From Acetofilamentum sp. (lineage in GTDB: Bacteria > Bacteroidota > Bacteroidia > Bacteroidales > JAFGXI01), in contig DYOK01000002.1 in the NCBI GenBank assembly GCA_020720565.1, positions 1 through 36,003 of the forward strand: 36,003 nt of DNA, read 5' to 3'. The number at the start of each line of letters is the position of its first letter. The stretch's first letter is position 1. Positions 10,001 through 18,757 of the stretch are shown here, one piece after another. The translations under genes were made by a program, and so were the position numbers. A model generated the notes under the pieces. That model ran no database searches, was not told the origin of the DNA, and saw nothing but the letters and a program-made list of their open reading frames with translations.

Positions 10001-10123
10001 ATCGATATTGAGTTGTTGCAAGAGGAATTGCTTAACGACTTCTTCGCGTTCTTCGTAGTTGCTCTCAGGCCGAGCAATTACAGCAAAAAGTTGCATTAAT
10101 GCTTTTAATATCCTCTCACTCAT
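7016..10123 (-). CDS. ABC transporter fusion: N-terminal extension + ABCG-like ATPase + ABC-2 type permease + long coiled-coil tail with a terminal TM helix
   Basis: 1035 aa. Walker A GASGAGKST is at residues 281-289 (nt ~9257-9283). Signature ISGGQRKRLNIA and Walker B LFLDEPTSGLSS are present. There is a cluster of hydrophobic helices at about residues 590-770. A lysine/glutamate-rich helical region spans about 780-980, and a final TM (FWMNLFVLWFLSISLYLALYL) follows. Confidence 0.85.
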   Translation of the reverse strand: MSERILKALMQLFAVIARPESNYEEREEVVKQFLLQQLNIDLVNDYISVFQKYYSEYQKKKTHNPNTSLALSSVKVLKICSEINQELTLKQKVIVLLRLLEFIKDDVGEVTEQELEFVYIVSDSFYIPEDEYVRLKAFVVYSFDKIPNSSRMCFIDGDVKLAHDKVVHVQSPGLDGQIRVYHIKASGMFLMRYLNAKELYINGQLMQPDKVYVINPGASIRNPKIRPIYYSDILSIFNQSQNNDKITLEVKDVVYRFKGGKIGLQPMSFIEETGKLVGIMGASGAGKSTLLNVLNGNYQPSEGSVTINGIDIHREKDLIEGLIGFVSQDDLLIEELTVFENLYFNAQLCFGNYSKFQIVRATVAMLKSLGLYEIRDMKVGNPLNKKISGGQRKRLNIALELIREPSVLFLDEPTSGLSSRDSENIMDLLKELALKGKLIYVVIHQPSSDIFKMFDRLLILDTGGYLIYSGDPVDSIIYFKSRSHQANWNESECHICGNVNPEQVFNIVEANVLDEYGNITSHRKRRPQDWSTHYQKYLEAELIAKNELLNQSRNLPQNEFKVPHQLKQFSVFVKRDVLSKLSNKQYLVINLLEAPILSFFLSYLIKYFNINAEFSKGYLFSDNDNLPVYIFMSVIVAIFIGLTVSAEEIIKDRLILKREEFLNLSWNSYLMSKVAILLVISAIQAFLFVLVGHFILEMNGMYWQYWLVLFSSWLVSILFGLNISNSFKTAITVYILIPFLVIPNIILSGIMVKFEKLNPHITEPGTIPFYGEIIPARWAYEALATYQYKENDYERLFYQIDRVGSNANYKKDYWLTDLKNKIGNIDRYYQQPERKLEMIDNFELLRNEISKENLYFLTKDKSEDFIFKDVDKIRYESYNEMLNKKLKDYISKLKDYYVAVSKRSDQKQDEMKRKMQATEEGKDLFIKLKQDNFNQALSDLARNKNVVDNIIEYDNRLYQKIDPIYQDPEGHFITAHFYSPFKRIFNFEISTFWMNLFVLWFLSISLYLALYLELFKKAIEAISKMTSKIFKDSDN

Positions 10124-10211
10124 TTAGTTAAATTGATCATCAATAAATAATTGGGTTTTGGGCTTGTGAACATTTAAACAAACTGTGTTTAATATTCAAA
10201 AGATGCGATAA

Positions 10212-10637
10212 CTATTGTTTAAAACCAATTTGCAAAAATGCAAAACCAGATTGGTTGGCAGTGGTTCCAATCAACTCGGCTTCGATGACTAAATTGATGG
10301 TGTTTTTAATTTTAAAATCCCAATATGGCGAGTTTTGAAAATCTCGATTGGTAAAAATTAAATTTCGATCTTTATCATATACAGAAAACACAAGATTGCC
10401 TTCGGTTGTACCACTACAAGCCGCAATTCGGTACGTGCTGCCGCCATAAAATGTGACATTAAACTCTGCCAATTCGTCGTTCTTTAGTAGGGCTCTATAT
10501 TCTTGACCATCCGAAACAAAAGGCGGTATGATGTAGTTGTCGCACATTTTTATGGTTTTGTCTACTTGAGCCTCAACAAAGTTGTTAAAGGTCAATAACA
10601 CAATCAATAAACTTAAAATTCTCAATGCGTGGTTCAT
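10212..10637 (-). CDS. Hypothetical small secreted protein
   Basis: 141 aa with a signal peptide (NNFVEA/QV) and beta-rich composition. Co-directional with the neighbouring genes and tightly spaced (11 nt after the upstream gene). Confidence 0.6.
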   Translation of the reverse strand: MNHALRILSLLIVLLTFNNFVEAQVDKTIKMCDNYIIPPFVSDGQEYRALLKNDELAEFNVTFYGGSTYRIAACSGTTEGNLVFSVYDKDRNLIFTNRDFQNSPYWDFKIKNTINLVIEAELIGTTANQSGFAFLQIGFKQ

Positions 10638-10648
10638 TATCGAAAGAT

Positions 10649-11554
10649 TTATTCTGTAACGTTATTTCTAATTTTAAAGATTCGGTCTGTAATCATGTTG
10701 ACATGCTCAGGATTCATCAACAAATTTGATCGGCTATTTATAGTGGTTATCTTGTTTTTGGCATCGGTAACGGGTTCTTCGTACACATACTCAACTTCGA
10801 TACCGTCGTAAATATAGGCTAAATCGATAAGGGAGTCGACCAATTCGCCGTATGAGTTCGAGGTGTTGTAATATGGCGACAAAATTTTGATCAGATTGTC
10901 GAGCGGATATTTTTGATCGCCCAAACGTTGAATGACTTCTTTGTTTTGGGTTTCTTGTGCTACTTGTGCTAAAAAGTACAAGCTTTCGACCCAACCGCCT
11001 GTAAGAATCAGTACACCAATATCTTGTCGGTTATTGTCTTTGAGATATTTGTCGGTATTACGATAGGCTTTCGACAAAATGTGCAACAAAGAGTCTTCGT
11101 TACCCATGTTGTTTTCGATTCGTTTAATCGTATTTTGGTCGAAGCTATTCGACAATTGTAACTCGTCGGTTGTAATTTTGACAGTTGCAAAGTATTTTCC
11201 AGCTTCTGGAATTTGATTGTTCATGTTCAAATAAGCTAAATCGGCACCATAGACACCCAAATTGAGCGCTTTTTTAAAGTTGTCGGTATAGTTATTTGAA
11301 TTCGAAGTCGGATTCATGAGCGAAGCATTGTATTCAATTTTAAGTTTTTTCATTAAAATTGAAATCTCGTATGGCGAAGGAACACTAAAAAGCGTGTTGT
11401 CGAACTTATAAATTTGAGTTGCCGACGAATCAATTTCGCTTAGAACCTCTGATTCGATAGATTCTCCTTTGTTGTTATTTTCTGTATTACAGGAAGTTAT
11501 GATGGCTGTTGCAAACAGAATGACCGAAAATGTTTTAATGTAATGATTTCTCAT
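10649..11554 (-). CDS. Hypothetical lipoprotein
   Basis: 301 aa with a lipobox (AIITS/CNTEN) and a helix-rich body. No family recognised. Confidence 0.6.
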   Translation of the reverse strand: MRNHYIKTFSVILFATAIITSCNTENNNKGESIESEVLSEIDSSATQIYKFDNTLFSVPSPYEISILMKKLKIEYNASLMNPTSNSNNYTDNFKKALNLGVYGADLAYLNMNNQIPEAGKYFATVKITTDELQLSNSFDQNTIKRIENNMGNEDSLLHILSKAYRNTDKYLKDNNRQDIGVLILTGGWVESLYFLAQVAQETQNKEVIQRLGDQKYPLDNLIKILSPYYNTSNSYGELVDSLIDLAYIYDGIEVEYVYEEPVTDAKNKITTINSRSNLLMNPEHVNMITDRIFKIRNNVTE

Positions 11555-11606
11555 AGAGTGAAATTATTTATTGCAAGAAAGAAATTTTTTATCACTTTTC
11601 AAACTT

Positions 11607-12872
11607 TTAGCCTTTGATTTTGTATCCTTTTACAGAATAAAAATATATTACCATGTATATAGGCACCAACAAAGCATACGCTTGTTGCGAATTAAAACGG
11701 TCGGAGCACGCGCCCCATAGCAAAGGGAGCAAGGCTCCGCCAGATATCGACATAATCAAAATTGCTGAGGCTTTGGGTACTTTATTACCTAAGCCAGCCA
11801 GCGCCAAAGGCCAAATTGCTGGCCAAACTAATGCGTTGGAAATTCCAAGTAAGGCAATAAATAAGACCGAATATATACCCTGTGTAAATATGGCTAACAA
11901 GGTAAACGTTACGCCTAAGATTGCCGAGTAACTTAAGGCTTTTCTTTGGCTCAACCATCTGGGAATTAATATAATACCTATCAAATATCCGATTAGCATG
12001 CCCATCATGGTAAGACTTGTGAAAAGTTTAGCCTTTTCAAGACTAAAACCTAAACTTTGTCCATATTGAATGATGGTATCGCCCGCAATTACTTCTGCAC
12101 CCACATAGAAGAATAAACTTAAGGCACCAAACCATAAATTTTTGTGCGACCAAATCGAAGTATTATCGACAATCTCGATATTGGAATTATTGTTTTCGCT
12201 TTCTCTATTGACTTCGGGCAAATGGATTATTCGTATAGCGATACCTACTAATGCAAGAACAATGGCCATAAAAATATATGGTACAACCACTCTTTCGGCT
12301 AATCCATCGAGTATGGTTGTGCGTTCGAGTTCGCTTAATTTCGATAAGCTTTCGAAAAGCTGCGTATCGCCTTGCTTAACAACGAAATATGCCAAAACCA
12401 ATGGTGCAATTGCACCTGCAATTTTATTAGCTACACCCATCATGCTGATTCTTTTGGCGGCGGATTCTATAGGTCCTAAAATGGTAATATACGGGTTGAC
12501 CGCAGTTTGTAATAAAGCCATTCCACTACCTAAAATAAACAATCCAGCTAGAAATAAAATATATTCACGCGTGTAGGCTGCGGGTATAAAAACCAAAGCA
12601 CCTAGTGCCATAATCCACAAGGCTAACGACATCCCATTTCTAAAGCCCGTTCGTTGTAACACCAATGCGGCTGGAAGTGCCATAATGGTATATGAGATGT
12701 AAAATGCAAATGTGACTAAAAGTGCCGAAAATGTTGTTAATTCGCAGGCTTGCTTTAAATAAGGAATGAGTAAACCATTGAGCCATGTAATAAAACCCAA
12801 GATAAAAAACAAGCCCCCAATGGTCAATAAAGCCCAGATATTAGAATTTTCTTGTGTGCTTTTGTTTGTCAT
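11607..12872 (-). CDS. Sugar MFS transporter (FucP / glucose-galactose transporter family)
   Basis: 421 aa with about 12 hydrophobic segments. The N-terminal FFILGFITWLNGLLIPYLK pattern is typical of FucP/GluP-type MFS permeases. Confidence 0.75.
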   Translation of the reverse strand: MTNKSTQENSNIWALLTIGGLFFILGFITWLNGLLIPYLKQACELTTFSALLVTFAFYISYTIMALPAALVLQRTGFRNGMSLALWIMALGALVFIPAAYTREYILFLAGLFILGSGMALLQTAVNPYITILGPIESAAKRISMMGVANKIAGAIAPLVLAYFVVKQGDTQLFESLSKLSELERTTILDGLAERVVVPYIFMAIVLALVGIAIRIIHLPEVNRESENNNSNIEIVDNTSIWSHKNLWFGALSLFFYVGAEVIAGDTIIQYGQSLGFSLEKAKLFTSLTMMGMLIGYLIGIILIPRWLSQRKALSYSAILGVTFTLLAIFTQGIYSVLFIALLGISNALVWPAIWPLALAGLGNKVPKASAILIMSISGGALLPLLWGACSDRFNSQQAYALLVPIYMVIYFYSVKGYKIKG

Positions 12873-13040
12873 TTGTGTATGAAGTTTAGTGATAATATTG
12901 TATTATTTTAACGAGTGAACTGAGGAAATATTTGTCGATGAATTTGTATTAGGGGCTATTTTGTAATGTCTATGTATTATTCATAATTTAAAGCCGTATT
13001 TATTAAGCTAAAATGTTGAAAAATTGCAAGTTAAAAAAAA

Positions 13041-13060
13041 GAGTAGGTCGAAGACCTTAA
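13041..13060 (-). repeat. Consensus copy of the palindromic motif at a gene 3' end
   Basis: The plus strand reads GAGTAGGTCGAAGACCTTAA. The TTA at 13057-13059 is the trmB stop codon. On the minus strand the hairpin is followed by ACTCTTTTTTTT. Confidence 0.7.
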
Positions 13061-13818
13061 TTTGTAAGCTTCGAAACCTTCACTTTGTGTTCAGTTGGGG
13101 CTTTTGCTTTAGCATTTTCGAATGCTAATTCGTCAAATTCGGCGTCTTCTAAATGCTTTTTGCCTAATTCAAATGACAAAAAATGAATGGGTTCATTTCG
13201 CATGGTAAACAAGGACTCATAATAGGTTTCAATTTTTAAAACTTCGGCTAGTGATTCTAGCTTGTGGATATCGTTTAACGCTTGGTTAATCGGTATTTGG
13301 TTGTGTTCAGCAACGGCTTTGGTGTAAAAAAAGAGCTTTGCAGAATCGGTTTTTAAATTAACAGAGCCGCCATTGGTTAGAATTTCCGCATACGAATTCA
13401 GAAAACTCGGAAAGGTTAAGCGTTTGTTTCTTTTTTTATTTTGAGGATCTGGAAAAGTGATCCAAATCTCGGAAACCTCGTCAGTAGAAAAAAGACCTTT
13501 GATAAAGTCGACGCGTGAGCGAACAAAAGCGACATTGCTCAATTTGTTTTTTAGGGCGTAGCTTGCTCCGACCCAAAATCGAGCCCCCTTGACATCAATT
13601 CCTATAAAATTTCGGTTTGGATATAATTCTGCTAGTCCAACAGTATATTCCCCTTTTCCGCAACCTAGCTCAATGGTGATGGGATTCGAATTACCAAAAA
13701 ATTCTTTCCAACGACCTTTCAACTCAAAAGTTCCTTGGGCAACTTCTTCGAAAGCAGGTTCTACAACATGAGGAAAAGTTTTATTTTCGGCAAATCGTTT
13801 AAGCTTATTTTTGGTCAT
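13057..13818 (-). CDS. trmB: tRNA (guanine-N7)-methyltransferase
   Basis: 253 aa. IELGCGKGEYTVGLAELYPNRNFIGIDVKG SAM-binding block and the WITFPDPQ motif. Confidence 0.9.
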   Translation of the reverse strand: MTKNKLKRFAENKTFPHVVEPAFEEVAQGTFELKGRWKEFFGNSNPITIELGCGKGEYTVGLAELYPNRNFIGIDVKGARFWVGASYALKNKLSNVAFVRSRVDFIKGLFSTDEVSEIWITFPDPQNKKRNKRLTFPSFLNSYAEILTNGGSVNLKTDSAKLFFYTKAVAEHNQIPINQALNDIHKLESLAEVLKIETYYESLFTMRNEPIHFLSFELGKKHLEDAEFDELAFENAKAKAPTEHKVKVSKLTN

Positions 13819-13950
13819 AAGTTTAATGGTATTGATGTAATAAAATATTAGGATATTTTATTGTCGTAATGTGCAGATATTTATTTTATTGTGTATTTTT
13901 TTTGTTTCGAATACTTGGATTCAGCTTAAAATATGGGATGTTTTTTTTTA

Positions 13951-14421
13951 CTAATTAGTAGGCGTAAATTCTTTGAACTTGATTCCTAGATTTTCGAAAT
14001 TTATCAAATTTGAATCGCGCATGGCTTGATAAAAAGTCAGTTTATAAGTCCCTAAAATTGGCAATTTAATATTTTGGCGGTATACCAATTCTTGATGTAT
14101 CGATTCGCCTGATACTTTTCCATACCATTCGCCGATTGGGTTCGACAAAATGCATTCTATGGTGTCGCGGTATGTGAATTTTTTCGGATCTTCGATATCG
14201 ACAAACAAAAAGATATTGTTATAAGCATATGTTTTGCTATATTTTAAATTAAGAAACAAATTGTAGCTCAAACTGCTGTCTTTATTTTCAAAGTCAAAAG
14301 AAACGGGTTCATTATACGACCATCCTTTGGATTCAATCGACTTGTCCTGTTCAAAAAAAGTTGTAGGACCACAAGCGTTTAAAAACCATAAACTTACCAA
14401 TAAAACGAATGCCTTCTTCAT
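13951..14421 (-). CDS. gldH: Gliding motility lipoprotein GldH
   Basis: 156 aa with a lipobox (FLNA/CG). YNLFLNLKYSKTYAYNNIFLFV and YQAMRD blocks resemble GldH. It sits directly downstream of a PSP1 gene, as commonly seen in flavobacteria. Confidence 0.75.
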   Translation of the reverse strand: MKKAFVLLVSLWFLNACGPTTFFEQDKSIESKGWSYNEPVSFDFENKDSSLSYNLFLNLKYSKTYAYNNIFLFVDIEDPKKFTYRDTIECILSNPIGEWYGKVSGESIHQELVYRQNIKLPILGTYKLTFYQAMRDSNLINFENLGIKFKEFTPTN

Positions 14422-14426
14422 CGTCG

Positions 14427-15869
14427 CTAAGAATTTGGTGGAGTAGGCGTTTGTGGTGGATTTTTTGGTCCTTCGCTTTGACCTTCGCGCTGGTGATTTG
14501 GTCTGCGGTTGTCGCCATGGCGCTGCCCTTGACCTTTATGTCGATTAAAATGAACTTCTGGTTTTTGTCCATTTTGAGGCTCAATACGTTGTTCGTTTTT
14601 TTGATCTTGCCTAGGCTTTTGATTGCTTTGGCTTTGTTGTACGGGCTTGTTTTGAGGGGTTTGCTCGCGTGTTTCGCTTGACTTAACACTTACATCTGGT
14701 GATTTTTCGGCCGAATTTGGAGTAAATTCTCTTCGTTCGCCACCTCTATTTTTGTGTCGAGGATTGGGCTTGCGTTTCGGCTTGTCGAAACGTGTCAAGC
14801 TATCTTGACCTACAATATTGGAATAGTCCGGTTCTGGCTTGGCTTTTATGCTGCCTTCTTCGATGTCGTTTAACGATTTAACTTTTTTACCAGATTTGTT
14901 TAACGAAATAATTTCTTTAACTCGTTCGACTTTTATTGGGGTTAAATTGACAGCAGATTGCGGATTGAACGAATACCACATAATGCCTTGAAGCACATCC
15001 GATTTCTGATAATAGGCTGGCCCGTCGTCGGTATCTAAAATTACATTGGTGTCGGGGAATTGTTTACGTGCATCTTTGTACACATCGACTTCGAAATTTA
15101 AGCAACATTTTAGTTTGCCACATTGCCCAGCAAGTTTTTGTGGATTTAACGACATTTCTTGGTCGCGGGCTGCATTAGTCGAAACCGAATTGAAATTGGT
15201 TAACCAACCAGAGCAACATAACTCACGGCCGCAAGAGCCTATTCCACCAATACGACCAGCTTCTTGACGAGCCCCAATTTGTCGCATCTCAATTCTGATT
15301 TTAAACTCGTCGGCTAAGTGTTTGATAAGCTGTCTAAAATCGACGCGCTCGTCGGCAATGTAATAGAAAATTGCTTTTGTTTTGTCGCCTTGAAACTCGA
15401 CATCTCCAATTTTCATGTCTAAATTAAGCTCTCGAGCCAATACTCTGGAGCGTAACATGGTTATCTCTTCGAGTTTCTGTGCGGCTTCCCATTTCTCGAT
15501 ATCGAGGGGTTTGGCCTTGCGATAAATTTTTTTAAATTCGTTTTCGCGAGTGCCTGTTTTGGTGATTTGTTCTTTGACCAAAGGGCCAACCATCGACACC
15601 ACCCCAATATCGTGCCCAGGGCTTGATTCTACAGCTACTACGTCGCCTTGTACCAACTTAAGTTGATTGACATTCTGGAAAAACCCTTTTCGTGTGTTTT
15701 TAAATCGAATCTCAACTAAATCGTCGGTTGGATAGTGTTGATGTAAATCGATTAACCAGTCGTGAACGTTTAGTTTGTTGAGGCTGGCCGAAGCGCATTG
15801 ATATCTTGGTGAATTGTCATCGTTTTCTATAGTAAAGCAGCCTCTATGTTGGCTGTTGCAACATCCCAT
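14427..15869 (-). CDS. PSP1 domain protein (RicT/YaaT-like) with a long low-complexity C-terminal tail
   Basis: 480 aa. Cys-rich N-terminus MGCCNSQHRGC. The PSP1 core carries CGRELCC and GKLKCCLNFE cysteine motifs. The last ~130 aa are rich in Q, K, P, R and N. Confidence 0.85.
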   Translation of the reverse strand: MGCCNSQHRGCFTIENDDNSPRYQCASASLNKLNVHDWLIDLHQHYPTDDLVEIRFKNTRKGFFQNVNQLKLVQGDVVAVESSPGHDIGVVSMVGPLVKEQITKTGTRENEFKKIYRKAKPLDIEKWEAAQKLEEITMLRSRVLARELNLDMKIGDVEFQGDKTKAIFYYIADERVDFRQLIKHLADEFKIRIEMRQIGARQEAGRIGGIGSCGRELCCSGWLTNFNSVSTNAARDQEMSLNPQKLAGQCGKLKCCLNFEVDVYKDARKQFPDTNVILDTDDGPAYYQKSDVLQGIMWYSFNPQSAVNLTPIKVERVKEIISLNKSGKKVKSLNDIEEGSIKAKPEPDYSNIVGQDSLTRFDKPKRKPNPRHKNRGGERREFTPNSAEKSPDVSVKSSETREQTPQNKPVQQSQSNQKPRQDQKNEQRIEPQNGQKPEVHFNRHKGQGQRHGDNRRPNHQREGQSEGPKNPPQTPTPPNS

Positions 15870-16204
15870 TTTCTAATTTTTAATGTATTACACATGCCCC
15901 TTGCGGGTATATCTCGATTGAGTGGCTTTGTTTTTAGAATGTGTCTTAATAAATTCTAAAGTACCACTCATAACCTGCAAAGTTAATCATTCTTAATAAT
16001 TAAAGCAGGTGTTTGCTGTAAATTTAGTTTCTTAGGGATTGGGCCTTTTTTTTGATATTTGCATAACTAATTGTATATTAAGTTCATGTATTAAAAAGAT
16101 ATGTGATTGTTTTTTTCGAAGTCCTTAATTCACTCAGGAGTGCTTAATTTACTTTAATTTTGTAAAGTCAAAACACATTTTTGTCAAAACTGCTAAAATA
16201 ATTC

Positions 16205-17233
16205 ATGTCTAAATCTATAACTATATTAGGTATTGAGTCATCTTGCGATGATACATCGGCTGCAATTATTCGCGATGGGGTCATGTTGTCGAATGTGATA
16301 GCCAATCAGAAGGTGCACGAATTGTATGGCGGTGTGGTGCCTGAATTGGCATCGAGAGCACATCAACAAAATATTATTCCTGTTGTAGACGCGGCCATAA
16401 AAAATGCTGGATTAAAGATAAGCGAAATCGATGGAGTGGCTTTTACTGTTGGTCCTGGATTGTTAGGTGCTTTGCTTGTGGGCACCTCGTTTGCGAAGGG
16501 TTTTGCTTTAGCCAATCAAAAAAAGCTAATCGAAGTGAACCATCTTCAAGGCCATATTTTAGCCCATTTTGTTAAAAAAACGGCCGACGATAACAACCAG
16601 CCAGAATTTCCTTTTTTATGCTTGTTGGTTTCGGGTGGACATACCCAAATTGTACTGGTCAAAGATTTTTTAGACATGCAAGAGCTTGGGAGCACCATCG
16701 ACGATGCTGCTGGCGAAGCATTTGACAAATGTGCAAAAGTGATGGGGCTGCCTTATCCCGGAGGTCCAATTATCGATAAAAATGCCCAAATTGGAAATCC
16801 ATTAGCCTACAAATTTGCTTTGCCAAAAGTAGATGGATACAATTATAGTTTTAGTGGTTTAAAAACCTCATTTTTATATACACTTAGAGATGCATTAAAA
16901 ACTGATCCCGATTTTATTATCAAAAATCAAATCGATTTAAGTGCCTCTTTGCAAAAAGCCATTATCGATATTTTGGTCGATAAATTATTAAAAGCATCGA
17001 AAGACACTGGAATTAAGCAAATAGCAATAGGTGGGGGTGTTTCGGCTAATTCTGGTTTACGACAACGTTTGACAGACTTGTCGGTTAAGCACAAATGGAA
17101 ATTATTTTTGCCAGAGTTCCAATTTACAACCGATAATGCCGCAATGATAGCAATTACAGGGTATTATAAGTATCTCAAAGGCGATTTTGCTCAACAAAAT
17201 GTAACCCCAAAAGCCCGATTCTCAATTGAGTAG
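16205..17233 (+). CDS. tsaD: tRNA N6-adenosine threonylcarbamoyltransferase
   Basis: 342 aa. ILGIESSCDDTSAA start, the HLQGHI metal site and the SGGHTQ block. Confidence 0.95.
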   Translation: MSKSITILGIESSCDDTSAAIIRDGVMLSNVIANQKVHELYGGVVPELASRAHQQNIIPVVDAAIKNAGLKISEIDGVAFTVGPGLLGALLVGTSFAKGFALANQKKLIEVNHLQGHILAHFVKKTADDNNQPEFPFLCLLVSGGHTQIVLVKDFLDMQELGSTIDDAAGEAFDKCAKVMGLPYPGGPIIDKNAQIGNPLAYKFALPKVDGYNYSFSGLKTSFLYTLRDALKTDPDFIIKNQIDLSASLQKAIIDILVDKLLKASKDTGIKQIAIGGGVSANSGLRQRLTDLSVKHKWKLFLPEFQFTTDNAAMIAITGYYKYLKGDFAQQNVTPKARFSIE

Positions 17234-17909
17234 TTTGATAAAAAATACACGCTTGTTAATGCTTTTGGCACTGCTTTTGGGCGTTTTTAATCCGCTTAAG
17301 GCACAGTTTATTAGTGACGAACCCACGATTGAGCAAGTTAGAGTTCGCCGTACGGTGATAAAAATAGACCCTAGCTTATTTGTGTTTGGACAGATTCCTG
17401 GAACAGCTGATTATCATTTTAAATATGAATTTGCTATTGGCATTAAACATAGCCTACAAATTAGCTTGGCTTATATAAGCAAAAATATACCCACACTCAT
17501 TGCAGAGGCTAATGATACCTCGAATACGACAAAAATTGGAGTGAATGGCTTTAGAGGTCAGTTAAGTTATAAGTTTTACCCTTTCGGTATGAAACTTCAA
17601 GCGCCTGCTGGTTTTTTTGTTGGAGCTCATGTGTCAATCAATAGAACCAATTTTACCTACAAACAAAGCTCGACAAAATACCGCGATTATACGGTAAGTT
17701 ACGATAATGCTGCTTTAATATGGGGATATCAATTTATTTTAAACAATCGCTTTTCGATAGAACTGTTTCAAGGACTGGGTTATCGCGATAACAGAATTCG
17801 AAACGATTATACTGGAGAAGAAGAAAAGTTAAACTTTAATGGCGATGTCACACCTTTTCCTGGTAGTTTTAAAATTTATTTTGGAGCAGCACTTGGCCTT
17901 AATTATTAG
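17226..17909 (+). CDS. Putative outer-membrane beta-barrel protein (start uncertain)
   Basis: 227 aa with a signal peptide (NPLKA/QF), alternating hydrophobic beta pattern and a C-terminal aromatic residue (..LGLNY). The TTG start at 17226 overlaps the tsaD stop; ATG at 17259 is an alternative. Confidence 0.5.
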   Translation: MSSLIKNTRLLMLLALLLGVFNPLKAQFISDEPTIEQVRVRRTVIKIDPSLFVFGQIPGTADYHFKYEFAIGIKHSLQISLAYISKNIPTLIAEANDTSNTTKIGVNGFRGQLSYKFYPFGMKLQAPAGFFVGAHVSINRTNFTYKQSSTKYRDYTVSYDNAALIWGYQFILNNRFSIELFQGLGYRDNRIRNDYTGEEEKLNFNGDVTPFPGSFKIYFGAALGLNY

Positions 17910-17985
17910 AATTATGAACCTGTCAACCTTCGGTAGATAAATCTATCGCCAGATAGATTAAAAATGCAAGATTAAAGATTTAAGA

Positions 17986-18040
17986 CTAATCACCACAAAC
18001 TAATCACCACGAACTAATCACTACGAACTTAACCATGTAA
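17986..18040 (+). repeat. Tandem 14-nt repeat, three good copies plus one degenerate
   Basis: CTAATCACCACAAA / CTAATCACCACGAA / CTAATCACTACGAA / CTTAACCATGTAA, located 50-100 nt upstream of queE. Confidence 0.8.
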
Positions 18041-18089
18041 CCTGCTACAAATCAACATTCTATCAAAAAGACATAAGACAAAAAATATT

Positions 18090-18728
18090 TTGAAGCATAA
18101 CAAATTTTTAAATCAAGACTTCCGAAACGGCACTCACTTACCGTTGATCGACGAATTTTATACCCTTCAAGGCGAAGGTGCATTTGCTGGAGAAGCGGCT
18201 TATTTTATTAGAGTGGGTGGCTGCGATATAGGCTGCCGATGGTGCGACGAAAAGATTTCGTGGTCGCCAGCCTTACATAAATCGGTCGATATTGTCTCCA
18301 TTATTGAGCGCGTGAGACCCAATGCAGGAAAGACTTTGGTAGTAACAGGTGGCGAGCCCGCCATATACAATCTCGCAGCATTGACCAGTTTAGCACACGT
18401 TCTGGGAATTAAAACCCATATCGAGACTTCGGGAAGTTATTTTATTTCTGGGCAGTGGGACTGGATTTGTGTATCGCCCAAACCACAAAGTATGCCGCTC
18501 GACGACAGTTTTTCTCGAGCCAACGAGCTTAAGGTTATCATATGGCAGGAGAGCGATTTAGCATGGGCAGAGGAATGTGCTGCTAAAGTGTCGAGTTCGT
18601 GCAAGTTGTATTTACAACCCGAATGGAGTCGTCACATTACTAATACACCATGGATAGTCGATTATATCAAAAACAATCCCAAATGGAGAATTTCGATACA
18701 GTCGCATAAATTTATGAAAATTCCCTAG
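18090..18728 (+). CDS. queE: 7-carboxy-7-deazaguanine synthase (radical SAM)
   Basis: 212 aa. EFYTLQGEG, the radical-SAM cluster site GGCDIGCRWCD, and VVTGGEP. TTG start. Confidence 0.85.
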   Translation: MKHNKFLNQDFRNGTHLPLIDEFYTLQGEGAFAGEAAYFIRVGGCDIGCRWCDEKISWSPALHKSVDIVSIIERVRPNAGKTLVVTGGEPAIYNLAALTSLAHVLGIKTHIETSGSYFISGQWDWICVSPKPQSMPLDDSFSRANELKVIIWQESDLAWAEECAAKVSSSCKLYLQPEWSRHITNTPWIVDYIKNNPKWRISIQSHKFMKIP

Positions 18729-18757
18729 ACGCAATAAACTGTTAGTGAATCAAAAAA

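Noticed and set aside
14351-14689. ORFs 14351-14689 (-) and 14409-14681 (+)
   Set aside because: They overlap the low-complexity tail of the PSP1 gene and the gldH start. Repetitive codon content produces open alternative frames.
17910-18089. preQ1 riboswitch upstream of queE
   Set aside because: I could not find the short hairpin plus A-rich tail with the conserved preQ1-I core. The region is dominated by a tandem repeat instead.
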